From IMG/VR virus record IMGVR_UViG_3300012038_000181, positions 8,533-72,532 of that record: 64,000 bases of DNA; one strand, 5' to 3'. The position numbers and the translations under genes were made by a program. The first letter of the stretch is position 1, and the number at the start of each line of letters is the position of its first letter. Below are positions 45,574 through 56,900 of this stretch, in pieces. Under the pieces are notes generated by a model. It saw only the letters and a program-made list of their open reading frames with translations, had not been told where the DNA came from and made no database searches. The DNA is from a virus. Lineage: Duplodnaviria; Caudoviricetes.

Positions 45574-45602
45574 TTGTACCACAGGTAATAACAGTATAGA
45601 AT
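45574..45602 (+). promoter_or_regulatory. internal promoter
   Basis: TTGTAC, N17, TAGAAT; ATG 7 nt downstream. Confidence 0.5.
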
Positions 45603-45609
45603 CGCGCCG

Positions 45610-45783
45610 ATGCCCTACAAGTCTGACGCGCAAAGACGATTTTTTCATTCTAGTGGAGCGGCAAAGGCAGGGATTACGCTCAAACAGGTGAAAGAATTTG
45701 ACAGCGCAAGTAAGGGTATGAAGTTACCAGAAAAGAAGATTAAAAAGCGTGGCTTGAAGCACGTAAAAATTGGGGGAAAATAA
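45610..45783 (+). CDS. small basic phage protein
   Basis: Hand translation MPYKSDAQRRFFH...EFDSASKGMKLPEK (57 aa), a recurrent phage head-region motif. Confidence 0.7.
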   Translation: MPYKSDAQRRFFHSSGAAKAGITLKQVKEFDSASKGMKLPEKKIKKRGLKHVKIGGK

Positions 45784-45785
45784 TC

Positions 45786-46145
45786 ATGGCAGGACTCACG
45801 ACGTACACCGCAGATAACAGGCAGACAAGCGCATTGGTTGGTTATGCAATTTTGCAAGCCTATGTTTGCGGCTATCTTACAAACTCGAATGTTACTGGCG
45901 CAGCTACAGCAGATGAGTTGATCGCCTTCGTGAACGCCGCTGTAGTTACCCCTGGTGGCGAGTCCTTTTCACAGCGTAATTCTATCGCTCGCGCACTCGC
46001 CGTAGGCAAGGCACTTGGCGATCTTTCGGACGCCCGTGTTGCCGCCGCAACGAGCGTGAACGATCTCGCCGTTACCTACACATGGGTTTCACTTGATAGC
46101 GCAGCGAGCATCACAGGCCACCTCGGAACGAATTTGATCCCATGA
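45786..46145 (+). CDS. hypothetical virion-region protein
   Basis: 119 aa, Ala-rich. Confidence 0.6.
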   Translation: MAGLTTYTADNRQTSALVGYAILQAYVCGYLTNSNVTGAATADELIAFVNAAVVTPGGESFSQRNSIARALAVGKALGDLSDARVAAATSVNDLAVTYTWVSLDSAASITGHLGTNLIP

Positions 46146-46154
46146 GGTAACAGT

Positions 46155-46514
46155 ATGGCTGAAGTAGATAGTTTAGCCCGCGCCGCGTGGGAAGCGACTC
46201 GTTCGGAACACGCTGTCCCTTATGACGAGTTAGAGCCTGCGTATCGAGACAACTTAATCAGACGGGCAGAAGCGGTCTTAGGTGGTGAACAGCCTGCTGG
46301 CCCGTGGGAAGTCTATGAGAAGCAAGTATGTGAATTGGCCTCAACGAATACGATGGCGATGGCGGCAGAGATTCCTGAAGAAGTAAAAGAGGAATTAGTA
46401 GAAGAGGTTCAGGAAGAAGCCAAGCCCAAGAAAGCAACAAAGAAAGCCGCGCCAAAGAAAGTAGCTACCAAGAAGCCAATTAAGGTAGTCAAGCCCGTAG
46501 CCAAGAAAAAGTGA
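46155..46514 (+). CDS. protein with an acidic segment and histone-H1-like tail
   Basis: EEVKEELVEEVQEE followed by AKPKKATKKAAPKKVATKKPIKVVKPVAKKK. Confidence 0.65.
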   Translation: MAEVDSLARAAWEATRSEHAVPYDELEPAYRDNLIRRAEAVLGGEQPAGPWEVYEKQVCELASTNTMAMAAEIPEEVKEELVEEVQEEAKPKKATKKAAPKKVATKKPIKVVKPVAKKK

Positions 46515-46927
46515 AACGACTATTTCGCATCCTACATTGGCAAGCCCGCTGTCGTTTTTGGCGCACGCAAGCCGAAGCAGCCAAGCGAGAAGTCGCACGC
46601 CTCCAATTATCTCTCTTAGCTGAACGTTATCGAAATTTACAACGTGAAGATATGTTTGTAAGTGCGAGTGTGATGGGAGCGAGAGGGATGTACGGAGTTG
46701 CCCCGCGTGGTGGGCCTGCATTGGCTGAACCGACTCAACCTAAAGTTCCGGCAGTTGATCCTTATCAATTAAGCGGAGCGGACTTGATGGAGTTTGAGAC
46801 GTTCTGGAAGCCGGATGCAGAAGCGGCAGGGATTTCGTTAGTTGTAGCCAAGCAAAAGTTTATTCAGGAAGTAGTAATACCTCGTCGCGCACCATTGCAA
46901 GACGATCCTTTTTCGAGGGCTAACTAA
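46511..46927 (+). CDS. hypothetical protein
   Basis: 138-aa ORF between terL and portal. Confidence 0.55.
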   Translation: MKRLFRILHWQARCRFWRTQAEAAKREVARLQLSLLAERYRNLQREDMFVSASVMGARGMYGVAPRGGPALAEPTQPKVPAVDPYQLSGADLMEFETFWKPDAEAAGISLVVAKQKFIQEVVIPRRAPLQDDPFSRAN

Positions 46928-46946
46928 GCCAACAAGTGAGCAGTGA

Positions 46947-49565
46947 TTGAACGATTCCCGTGAGTCCCCGAACTTTACCCCGCTCTCGGTCGCCACAGCT
47001 CGTGGGGCGCAAAACTTCGCGCCTGCCAAACCAATCCATGATGTTCTTCAATCTCGCCAATTAAGCGAAAAACGCACGCCTTCAAAACTCGAAGCAGGCA
47101 TTAAAGAACTTTACTCTCACTATCTAAACAAGGAAAGTGCGGCTTGGAATAGCCTCATTTCTATGGCTCAGTTAGTTTCCCTTTTTCGCAAGGGTTCTCA
47201 GCTATTACAACGCCGTCCCTTTGGTGCTCCTGGATACTACGTTAGACCACTCACAGACAATGATGACACGGTAATGAAGCAGACAGCGATGAACCTGATG
47301 GGGTTCTTTTCGCAAGCGTGTGAGTCGAAAGTCATTGCTTCAAATCCGAATGTGAATATGCGTCCTGGTGATGACACGCCGGAAGCCATTGCCGCCGCGC
47401 AAGCGTGTCGTCCGGTAGTGGATTACTACGAGACTGAGTGGTACACCGTTCCCTTTGTCCGCCGTGAGGCAATCCGCTTTTTGACTGATGGAGTTGTGAT
47501 TCATCAAGTCAGGTGGAATCCGTTTCTTGGTGGTTATGAAGTCAATGAGCGGGAGGTTACGCATGAGGACGTAACGATTGACGAAGGTGGCGGTCAATGT
47601 CTTGATTGCCAATTTGAAGGCTCGCACGAAGCGTTTCAAGGCGAGTATTCGGCGCAATGTCCTGAGTGTGAAAGTCCGGCAGTAGATGTAAGAGACCCGA
47701 TAAAGCAGAAGTTAGCAAGGATCGGGATGGGTCAATCGAAGCCCGTGGGTGAGCCGGAAATCGTTTCATCATCTTTCATGTCGTGGCGTTGGGACTTGAC
47801 GAAAGATTTGGAGTTATCGACATGGGCCATTAAGCGTCAGTACATCGGGCAAGGCGCAATCAAGTTGATGTTAGGGGATGTGACCATCCCCGATTCACAG
47901 AGTTCCGAAGCTCACGGTTTGGATGTGATGTACGCCCTCGCCTACAGTGGACAAGCTTTTGCGGGCCAAAGTTCAAGTCAGTACACAAACACATCGTTAG
48001 TTGATAAGAAACCAACTCTCGCAGAGTTTTGGTTAAGCCCTGAAGACCAAGCCATGATTGAGACCGAAGGTGGCGAGACAATCTGTGGGCAGACGCTTCC
48101 TAAAGGTCGCTTGAGTGAATTCTTTGGCGGTAAACCGATTTGCGTAGTTGGTTTGAACGATATGTCCCTGATTATAGGGATGTATGCGAACGAGTCTCAG
48201 CAGAAGGAAGTCGTGACCGCACAGTGGTTCATGGATGCGGATTCAGGCGCAGGACGCGGCATGGAAGATACCGCCGCCGTACAGCGAAGATTCAACGCGG
48301 TCGATGGGCAGATTTATCAAGGGCTTGCGACTACGGCGACTCCCGCAGTGTTTACCGACATGTCGTTGATTAAGGAAGATCAGGGAAGGTACTTGTTTGC
48401 CCCAGGTCACAACATCGACATCTCGCTGGCGTTGTTACCACCCAACATGAAGTTGCAGGATGCAATCTATGTGGGAAATCCTGGAGCAGTCAGTCAACAA
48501 TTTGTTCAGTACGGCTCTCAGTTCTTGCGGGAGATGGCCCAGATTTCCTCCCTCGTTACCGAGTTTACGAACGGGTTGATTGGAGTGGACAATCGGACAG
48601 CGACGGGCGCACAGATAACGGCTCAGTTAGCTAATTCGTTGTATGGGCCAATGCTCGCTTCCAAAGGTCAGATGAGGGTTGATATTGCGAAGAAGATCGT
48701 TCGTTTGGTGGCTGAACACGACTTCTCAGGAAGGTACTATCCAGGTAAAGGCGCAGCGAAGGGGAGAATGGTTGGCGGACAGGATTTGAAGTCGAAAGTG
48801 GTCTTTGAGTTGGTGCCTAACAGCGAGTTGCCCGTAAGTCCATTTACTGAGCAGACAGACATCAGAGTGTTTGGAGAATCTTTTGGGGGACTGCTAGGTG
48901 CCGCACAGTTGCAGGCACAGTTTCCGCGCTTCTTCAGGGCCGTTGCGAAGCCGTTTAACATCGCCTTCGATTCTGAGGACGAAGATGATGTATCGACGCT
49001 GTGTTTGAAGCGACTTGAGAGCATGAGAATGAATTTGGAAGCGGGTGTAACTGACCCTGCGGTATTAGTGCAGATGGTCAAGCCTCCCGTAAGTAAGGTT
49101 GAGCCAAAACACGCTGAGAAAGCGGAATGGTACAGCGACTATTTAGACTTGGAGAGAGGTCAAACTGCCCCGTTGGAATTACGCGAAGCGATTGAACAAA
49201 TGTATTGGTCTCATTTGAACTTACAAACTGAGAAGTCCATGCCGCAGTCCTTTAATCAAGGTTTGGTTGCCGCCGCAGGCGCAGCACCCGCCGCGATTGG
49301 GGGAGCGTTGTTGCAAGGTCAAGAGCAGCAAGCAGAACCTCAAGTTGAGGACAAAACGGCAGAGTTGGAAGCGAAGGCCGCGATGGAGTCAGAGAAGCGA
49401 CAGACCGAGTTGCAGACGAAACAGATGGAATCGGAGACAGCAATCGGAGTGGCGACAATTCAGGGGCAATCGCAACTTGCTAACACAAAACTCGCGGGCG
49501 AGAACCAAATTAAGGTGGAAAAAAGTAAGCCTAGACCAAAACCCGCAGCAAGGAAGTCGGCATAA
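46947..49565 (+). CDS. portal protein (putative) with zinc-ribbon insertion
   Basis: 872 aa after terL; helical C-terminal crown and Q/E-rich tail; CLDC...CPEC insert. Confidence 0.7.
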   Translation: MNDSRESPNFTPLSVATARGAQNFAPAKPIHDVLQSRQLSEKRTPSKLEAGIKELYSHYLNKESAAWNSLISMAQLVSLFRKGSQLLQRRPFGAPGYYVRPLTDNDDTVMKQTAMNLMGFFSQACESKVIASNPNVNMRPGDDTPEAIAAAQACRPVVDYYETEWYTVPFVRREAIRFLTDGVVIHQVRWNPFLGGYEVNEREVTHEDVTIDEGGGQCLDCQFEGSHEAFQGEYSAQCPECESPAVDVRDPIKQKLARIGMGQSKPVGEPEIVSSSFMSWRWDLTKDLELSTWAIKRQYIGQGAIKLMLGDVTIPDSQSSEAHGLDVMYALAYSGQAFAGQSSSQYTNTSLVDKKPTLAEFWLSPEDQAMIETEGGETICGQTLPKGRLSEFFGGKPICVVGLNDMSLIIGMYANESQQKEVVTAQWFMDADSGAGRGMEDTAAVQRRFNAVDGQIYQGLATTATPAVFTDMSLIKEDQGRYLFAPGHNIDISLALLPPNMKLQDAIYVGNPGAVSQQFVQYGSQFLREMAQISSLVTEFTNGLIGVDNRTATGAQITAQLANSLYGPMLASKGQMRVDIAKKIVRLVAEHDFSGRYYPGKGAAKGRMVGGQDLKSKVVFELVPNSELPVSPFTEQTDIRVFGESFGGLLGAAQLQAQFPRFFRAVAKPFNIAFDSEDEDDVSTLCLKRLESMRMNLEAGVTDPAVLVQMVKPPVSKVEPKHAEKAEWYSDYLDLERGQTAPLELREAIEQMYWSHLNLQTEKSMPQSFNQGLVAAAGAAPAAIGGALLQGQEQQAEPQVEDKTAELEAKAAMESEKRQTELQTKQMESETAIGVATIQGQSQLANTKLAGENQIKVEKSKPRPKPAARKSA

Positions 49566-49568
49566 GTC

Positions 49569-50987
49569 ATGGCCTTTACTGACAGACTACGGAAACGAAT
49601 CAGCAGCCCGACCGGATTTGCGGGCGGCACGTTGGAAGAACAACTTCTGCGAGCCGCGCAAGAGTCGGGAGATGTAAACGCTCCGCGAGTTGATGTGCGT
49701 GAAGCTGCATTAGGACAAGGCATGACTCCACAGCCTGAACGTGGTGGGTTTATTCGTGGCCCACAGCTGACAATGGCTGATGAAGCAATGGCCCGTGCTA
49801 CTGAACCTCAACCCGCGTTAGCGCAGCCAATGGCGCGTCCACGTTCATTCAAAGATGCGTTATCACGACCCGCGCAAGTCCCGACGGGAAGTTTTGAGCC
49901 ACCACAGCCCACTCAGACAACGGATTTAGGACAAGGAAGCGTGTTTACCGAAGGCGGTACGAATGATGTGCGTGCGCGTAGAACTCAACCACGAGATTTC
50001 ATTGCTGATGATGAAGCGTATTTACGTGATCTAAGAAACAAGCCCCGCACTTGGCGAGACAAGTTAGTAGACGTGACAGACGCTCTGAATGTGGTTGCGG
50101 GGGGACAGAAAAGAATTCTCCCAACCAAGCGTGAGCGAGAAATCGGAGAGGTAGAGAACAGAATTGGACAAGGGTTGGCGATAGATAGAGCGCAAAGCTC
50201 AAGAGCAAGTGAGCGGGGGCAAATATCCACACGGGTAGTGAATGAAGGTGAGTATCCCGATGTGGAAGCAGGAACAGAGATTCGGGTACGAATTGACCAA
50301 CGCACGGGCGAGCTTACAGACATGATAGGGGCGAATAAACGCCCCGTGGTAGCGGGTCTGCCAAAAAAGGGAGCAGAGAGAGCACCCCATTATGAAAAGG
50401 ACGCAGAGGGCTACTTAATCACCGTGCAAGAGGGTCGGGCGAAGCGGGTAACAGATGAAAAAGGCGAACCCGTTCAGGTGAAAAAGAGTGGTGACGAAGA
50501 ATTCGTGGAAGTGGAAATCAACGGGCGGAAGTTGAAGGTCACGCCTTCTCAGGCATTGAACTACTACGGGCAAATTGGCAAGCAGGAAAACGAACGTACT
50601 GCGGAACAGCGAGAAGTAGACGCCAAACGCAATGCTGCCTTGAAGCGAGCAGCGGATTTCAAGTCTTTTGGAGAGATTTACGACAATAATGCAGACGAGA
50701 AGGAGAAGGAGTTAGTTCGCTTACGGGAGCGTCCTGAAGGAGTGCTACCTTCTCAAGTGAGTGCGTTGACAGCAGAAATAAATCGTCTGCGACAGCAAGC
50801 AGAAAGTTCACGGGCAGATGCGTTGAAGGCGCGTTCCGATGCTGAGTCGCTACCATCTGCGGAACAAACACCTACTGCCACAACCAAGAAGCTTGATCCT
50901 GCTGTAGAAAAGAAAATCAGGGATGCGGCATCTGCCAAAGGTCTTGATCCTAACATCGCTATTCAACGCGCTTTAGAGCGTCAATAA
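49569..50987 (+). CDS. internal virion/ejection protein (putative)
   Basis: 472 aa, charged low-complexity helical protein directly before the giant ORF. Confidence 0.55.
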   Translation: MAFTDRLRKRISSPTGFAGGTLEEQLLRAAQESGDVNAPRVDVREAALGQGMTPQPERGGFIRGPQLTMADEAMARATEPQPALAQPMARPRSFKDALSRPAQVPTGSFEPPQPTQTTDLGQGSVFTEGGTNDVRARRTQPRDFIADDEAYLRDLRNKPRTWRDKLVDVTDALNVVAGGQKRILPTKREREIGEVENRIGQGLAIDRAQSSRASERGQISTRVVNEGEYPDVEAGTEIRVRIDQRTGELTDMIGANKRPVVAGLPKKGAERAPHYEKDAEGYLITVQEGRAKRVTDEKGEPVQVKKSGDEEFVEVEINGRKLKVTPSQALNYYGQIGKQENERTAEQREVDAKRNAALKRAADFKSFGEIYDNNADEKEKELVRLRERPEGVLPSQVSALTAEINRLRQQAESSRADALKARSDAESLPSAEQTPTATTKKLDPAVEKKIRDAASAKGLDPNIAIQRALERQ

Positions 50988-53900
50988 ATGCCCGATGAAT
51001 ACGACGTACTCTTAGATTCTGTCCTGCCAAAACCTCGGCGGGTTAAGTCAAACTACGACGTTTCAAACCGGAAACAATCTACTTATGAGCCTGATGAGGC
51101 TCTAAACCTGATTGCGAAGTACGAGAGTGGCGACCGCAATGTCCGCAACTATCGCTACGATCCGACCCACACCGCGCAGGGTAATTTCCAGATAGTAAAC
51201 AAAACGTGGCGTGGTGCTGCGCCTCAAGCGAACGTGGATTTGAAGCAGTATCCCACTGCTGAGACCGCGCCAAGGGATGTGCAAGCGCGGGTAGCAAAGC
51301 ACCTTTATAAGACACGCGGGTTTGCTGATTGGGCACCATATAATCCGAGACTCAAAGCAGCCATTGAACGTGGTGAGCGATTTGGACAGTCAGCACAGCC
51401 CCGTGCAAGGTTAAGAGCGCAACCGCAAAAGAAGCGCGATGCCTATGACGATTTGCTTGATGAAGTAGCCCCAACGCAGAAAACAACCCCGCGAGTGGCT
51501 GATGAATACGACAAGTTACTTGATGAAGTAACACCTTCGGGACAGACCCAACCTGCCGACTTGAAGCTAAACCGTGTCAACAACCTACCCCCAACTCCAG
51601 CTACAACCCCCGTAGAATCTCGGCAACAGTCTGTCCCGAAACCGACATCCTTTTGGGGAATGGATTTGCAACGTCCCTCAAAACTAGAAGCGGGCGTACG
51701 AGTCGGTGGCCCACGTTTAGAGGCAGGCGCAAAGGTTGGTGAGGAACAACTGTCACCCGCGGGTTTAGGGAGTGGAGACTTCCGTCGCGCTCAAGCATCC
51801 CAAGCCCGACAAGACCGACTCAATCAAGGTCGTGGTGCGGGAGAATTACGACGCGCTGAAGGCAAACTTCCACAAGGGGGTATGGCAGCAGCAGAGTTCC
51901 GTCGCCAAGAGCAAGCGGAGATGGGCCGCTTGAACCGCATACGAGGGCAGGTAGCCGCTGAACAGACCGCAGGGGAGCAACAGATAGGTCGTGCCCCAAA
52001 CACTGCTCAGACACGCTTATTTGACCCGAAACTGACCAATGAAGAAGAAGTTTTGCGTCGAATCAGCCAAGAGCAAGGAGTAGAGCAAGCCGATGCTGCC
52101 GCGAGAGCCGAACGCGAGCGGTTACAAGGACAGTTTACCGAGTCTGATAAGCAGCAACTACTTGGTCTTGCTGCCCAACTCAAAGGACGTGACGGTGGGG
52201 TCAAGCGGGGCATGGACGTAGCTATCCAACGGGGCATGTCTAGTGCTTTGTATAAACTCGCGGGAGCGGTTGATTTAGGTGGTTTGATTGATGTTCTCCC
52301 TAGCATACGTGGAGTTCGTTCATCGGTTGTGGACAATCTACGTCGCAAGGCACTCGCAGGTGAGTTGGCCTTGGAAGACATTCAAGATTTGCCAAAGCCT
52401 GCCCGTGAGAAGGTGGCAGAGTTCCTGACCGAAACGGCGATTGGGTTGACGGAGTTGGCGGTAGTACCTGGGGGTATCGCAACCAAGTTTGCCACGCTTG
52501 CGGGCACAGAGGCGCAAGGACGAAATCGTCCACTAGGAGAGGTTTTACAAGAGACGGGCAAGGGCGCGGCAATGGGAGCCGTTCAGAAGTTTGGTGAAGG
52601 CATTGCGCCTGCAACCGCAAGCCGTGTACGAAGACTTGGAACAGCAGCACCCGTAGTTGGTTTAGGTAGTGGAGCAGTCGAACTAGCGACGGGTGGAACC
52701 CCTGAACAAGCGGCTCAATCGGCACTAACGAATGCTGTGTTTCAAGGTGCCGTAGAACTAGGCCGTGCGCCAAAGGCGCGTCCTAGACGACTTGGTGAAA
52801 CCCAAACTAAAGTTCCCGATATTGAAGGTATTTTAGCCAAGCGTGAACAAGATATTCGTCCTTCAGAAGAAGTAAATGTCCCTGAGCGTCCTGAGACGAT
52901 TCAAGCACAACTAGCAGCCGTACAGCAGGGCACAAGACCCGCTGTGTTAGTGACGAGAGGTGAGAAACAACCCAACACTCCGAGAGGAATGAGCGCGGTT
53001 AGAACAAGTGAAGGAACCTTCTACTACGACCCGAAACAAGTTAGTCGGGAAACACTTTTGGCGAAGGTCAAAGATGGAACTTACGGTGAAGTTCTTGGAC
53101 ACGTGGAACCCAAGTCGGAAGTGACTACAGAAGCGGTGGTAGCGCGTGCTGCTGATGGAACCGAAGTACAAGCATCGGCTGTTTCACCTGAGAACGTAGC
53201 GAAGCAAGCGGAAGTGTTACAGACACAGCACCCTGAAGCCACGATTGAAACGGGTGGCAATGAATTAGCGCAGAAAGTCATTCAGGATCGGGTTGCACCT
53301 GAAGTAAGAGGCTTTGATGATGTTCCTTTAACTGAGCGAGAAAGAGTGGAACTAGACACCTTCTTTGATGTGGAATCGGGAATTCCTGAAGGTGGGCGAG
53401 TACCACCTAAACCTGCCAAGTTGGACATTCTGAGTGAGACTGAAGTCGCCCCCAAACCCACAGCGGCAGCACCTATTGAGCCAGTAGTAGCTAAACCTAA
53501 AACTCCAGTTACGGAAACACCTGTTACGCCAGAGAAGTCTCCGTCGTCAATGACGCAAGACGAATTGTTTACAGCATATCGGCAAAACATGAAGGAGCGC
53601 ACGGCGGCGATTGAGTCTAATGATTCTGAAGGCATAAAACGCACCGCAGATCGTATGGTTGAAATTGCTCGCTATGGCGGCGATCCTGAAATGTCTGTCG
53701 AGGGGCAACGAGCAGCAAGGCAACTCAATCTTGAACCTTGGCAGAAAACAAAGACAGAATATCTCGATGAAGTGGCACGGGGCATTAAAGAGACTACCGC
53801 AAAAGATATTGCACGGGCTAGTAAAAAAGAAGGTGGTATAAATCGAACACAGAAGTTTCTGCTAGAGGCTCAAACTAATCGTTTAGCGAAGGAAAATCGT

Positions 53901-56900
53901 TATGCCCGCGAGGTGCATAAACGAGCGGTTGAGCAAGCCATCCGAGAAGGCAAATCTATTCCCCCTGAAGTGTTAGCCGACTACCCTGACTTAGCACCAA
54001 AGACCGCTGAAACTCCTCGCGCAGCAACACCTGAACTCCAACGTCATGCTGATAAGGCGGCAAGCCTTCGTGCGGAACTTGAAGCGGGGGGACAGAGTGA
54101 ACTTGCACGAGCGGCACTAGAGCGACAAATCAAGAAGCTAGACACCAAAGCAACGGGCGTTCAGGAAAGAAGGTCGGGCGCAGACCCGATGGACTTGATT
54201 GACGACATCATCATCTACGGCGACAAGTTAATTCGCAAAGGCAAAGCAGCATTTGATGAGTGGGCCAAAGATGTACGGGAGAAGTTTGGTAAGGATGCTG
54301 ACCCGCATCTGCGTGAAATCTATTCACAACTAAAGGGCGGACGTGACGCTACATCTATCAAGAATGAGGCTAGTAACGAACTACGTGCGGAACTTGATTT
54401 GGCCGAAATGGAGCGTCCTGAACGTAAGTCATGGGAAACAGCGATTGAGAATGCCCAACAGAAGGGGCTGATTGAGCGAGCCGACAAGATTGCCGACGAA
54501 GTGATTCAGGGTGGACGGGAAAGAGGCTTGGACTACGAAGAAGCCGCCGCACTCTTGGTGAAGATTCGAGAAGCAGAAAACCGATGGGAAGAAGCCTACC
54601 GCAACGATCCTAACGATCCTGCTCTAGTCAAAATCAAAGCAGAACTCGATAAGTATTCACAAGCAGTGGATATAGGTGGCACTGAGGTTGCTCGTGCTTT
54701 GGGCATCCGTCGCGCCATGATGGACAAGAGTTTTCGTCTAATCAGCCTGATTCGCACAGCAGAGAAGGCCAAAGGGCGCAAAGTCACCGCCGAAGAAGTG
54801 GCTCGTTACGATGAGTTAGTCAAAGAGCGTGATGCGGCTCTGAAAGCACGCGATGAAGCCTTAGCCAAGGTAGATGCGGAACGCTCCCAAGAGACTACTG
54901 AGAAGTTTGTCCAAGAAGAAAAGATCAAGATACGTCGTCAAGGTCGGCGGCGTTCTCAAGAGAAGTTGCTTGCTGAACGAGTGGAACTGAAAAAGGAAAT
55001 CTCTGCTCTATTTGCCAAGATTACGCCTAAAACCTCAAATCTCACGATGGGTGGTATTGCGGACTTGAATCCCAAGGATTTAGGCGATCTAACGCGAGCC
55101 TTGACGAATCTGGCTCGCAACTACATTGAATCAGGTGTGATTAAGTCGGCAGATTTAGTTGATGCCGTACATAGCGAAATCAAGGATGTAGCGGATTTAA
55201 GCAAGCGAGAAGTGAGTGATGTGATTTCTGGCTATGGTCGGATTCGTAAATCCACTACTGATCCGATTGAGCAGAAACTACATGAGATTAAATCCATCCT
55301 AGCCGCCACGTCAGGCAAAGCCGATGTGTTGGAAAAAGGGATGCGCCCACTCAGACGGGGACAGCAACGCGAGAAGCCCACTGAAGATCAACGTCATGCC
55401 CTCCGAGAACTTAACGAAGCCATGCGTGAACGGGGAGTCGAATTGGGGCAACGACCTCAGAATGTAGCCACACAACAAGCGACTCCCTTGGATAAAGCTA
55501 AGACCACGGTACGGAATCGCATTGAGCAACTACAAGGATGGTTAGCCGAAGGCAAGCGAGAAGTTGAAGGACGCACCGCTATTATTCCTGACGCCGAGTT
55601 GAAGCAGTTGCAGGCCGAACGAGCGGGGCTAGAGCGAGCGGCTAAGTTGTTGGATGACCCTGCTGCCGACCAAAAGGCGATTGAGAAGCGACTAACGGAA
55701 ATCAACAAGTCCATCACTTCGTTGCAAGAGAAAGGTCGTTCAGGTCAGGTAGGGCCGACGATGAAAGAAGGAGATGCTTCACGATGGTCTGCTGAGATAG
55801 GACAGATGGAGAAAGAGCGAGCCGCATTACGCAGAGTGGTGACTGACATGCGTAACACGGCAGCAAAAGCGGCTAAAGAAGCGGCAGCAACGGGCGAGTC
55901 CCAAACCCCGTTTCATGGCGCAGAACAATCATGGACAGAATTTGAGGCAGAAGCCAAGCGTAGTCTTGCTCGCGTGAAAGAGTTGGACAAGCAGGCGGCT
56001 GAGTGGGAGCGCAAGCGGTTGGCGCGAGAGTATGAGCAGCAAGCAAAGACCAAGACTTCACCTAAGTACAACGACGCGGTTCGCCGCGCAGAGCGGGAAG
56101 TACAAGCGGCAGAAAACAAGTTCCGTAAAGAGATGGAGCGCGAGCGTGGAGGTCATCATATCCGCAATATCAGCGGTATGATGAAGGCTTCTTTGCTTGG
56201 GCCAAAGACTACCATAAAGAACTTCTTTGGCACGTTTGGATGGGGAGCCTTTGAAGAAGAAGGGCGGATATTCGCATCCCTGATGGATGGGGTAATCATG
56301 CCCACAGCCCGCAAGGGGGCTCACGCAATAACGGGACGTGGAGAGGAACGGCTGACCCAACGGGGAATCATGGGTTTGTCACCTTCAGCGGTGATTTCAT
56401 CCCTGCGTCATGGAGCCAAAGAAGGTGGACGCCAAGCGTGGGACATTCTGCGACGTGGTATGTCTGATGAGCAAATGGAACGCCACCAAGTCAGCGAGAT
56501 TGATTTTGGACGCACGGGCAATAAGAAGATTGATGCAGGGCTGCAAACACTGGAGTTGAGTTTTAATTCAGTCTTTCGCTTCTTATCCGCTTCTGACCGT
56601 TTGTTCTACGAAGCCAATCATCGTCGTAACGTGATAGACCGTGCTGAAGTGATTGCCAGAAATGAAGGATTGCGGGGGGCGGAAGCCAAGCAGCGAGCGA
56701 AGGAACTCGTGGCAGCAACAGAAATGATTAAGGAGAAGACCTTACGCGGGGAAAGAATCTCAGAACTTGTAGCGCAACTTGACGCTGATGCGAAGTACGA
56801 CGCTTTAGAAAGCACGTTCAACAACGACAACACGATTACGACTAGAATTAAACGTGCTCGTGCTACGGTAATAAATCCGCGCAGTAAACTATCCGCGAAG

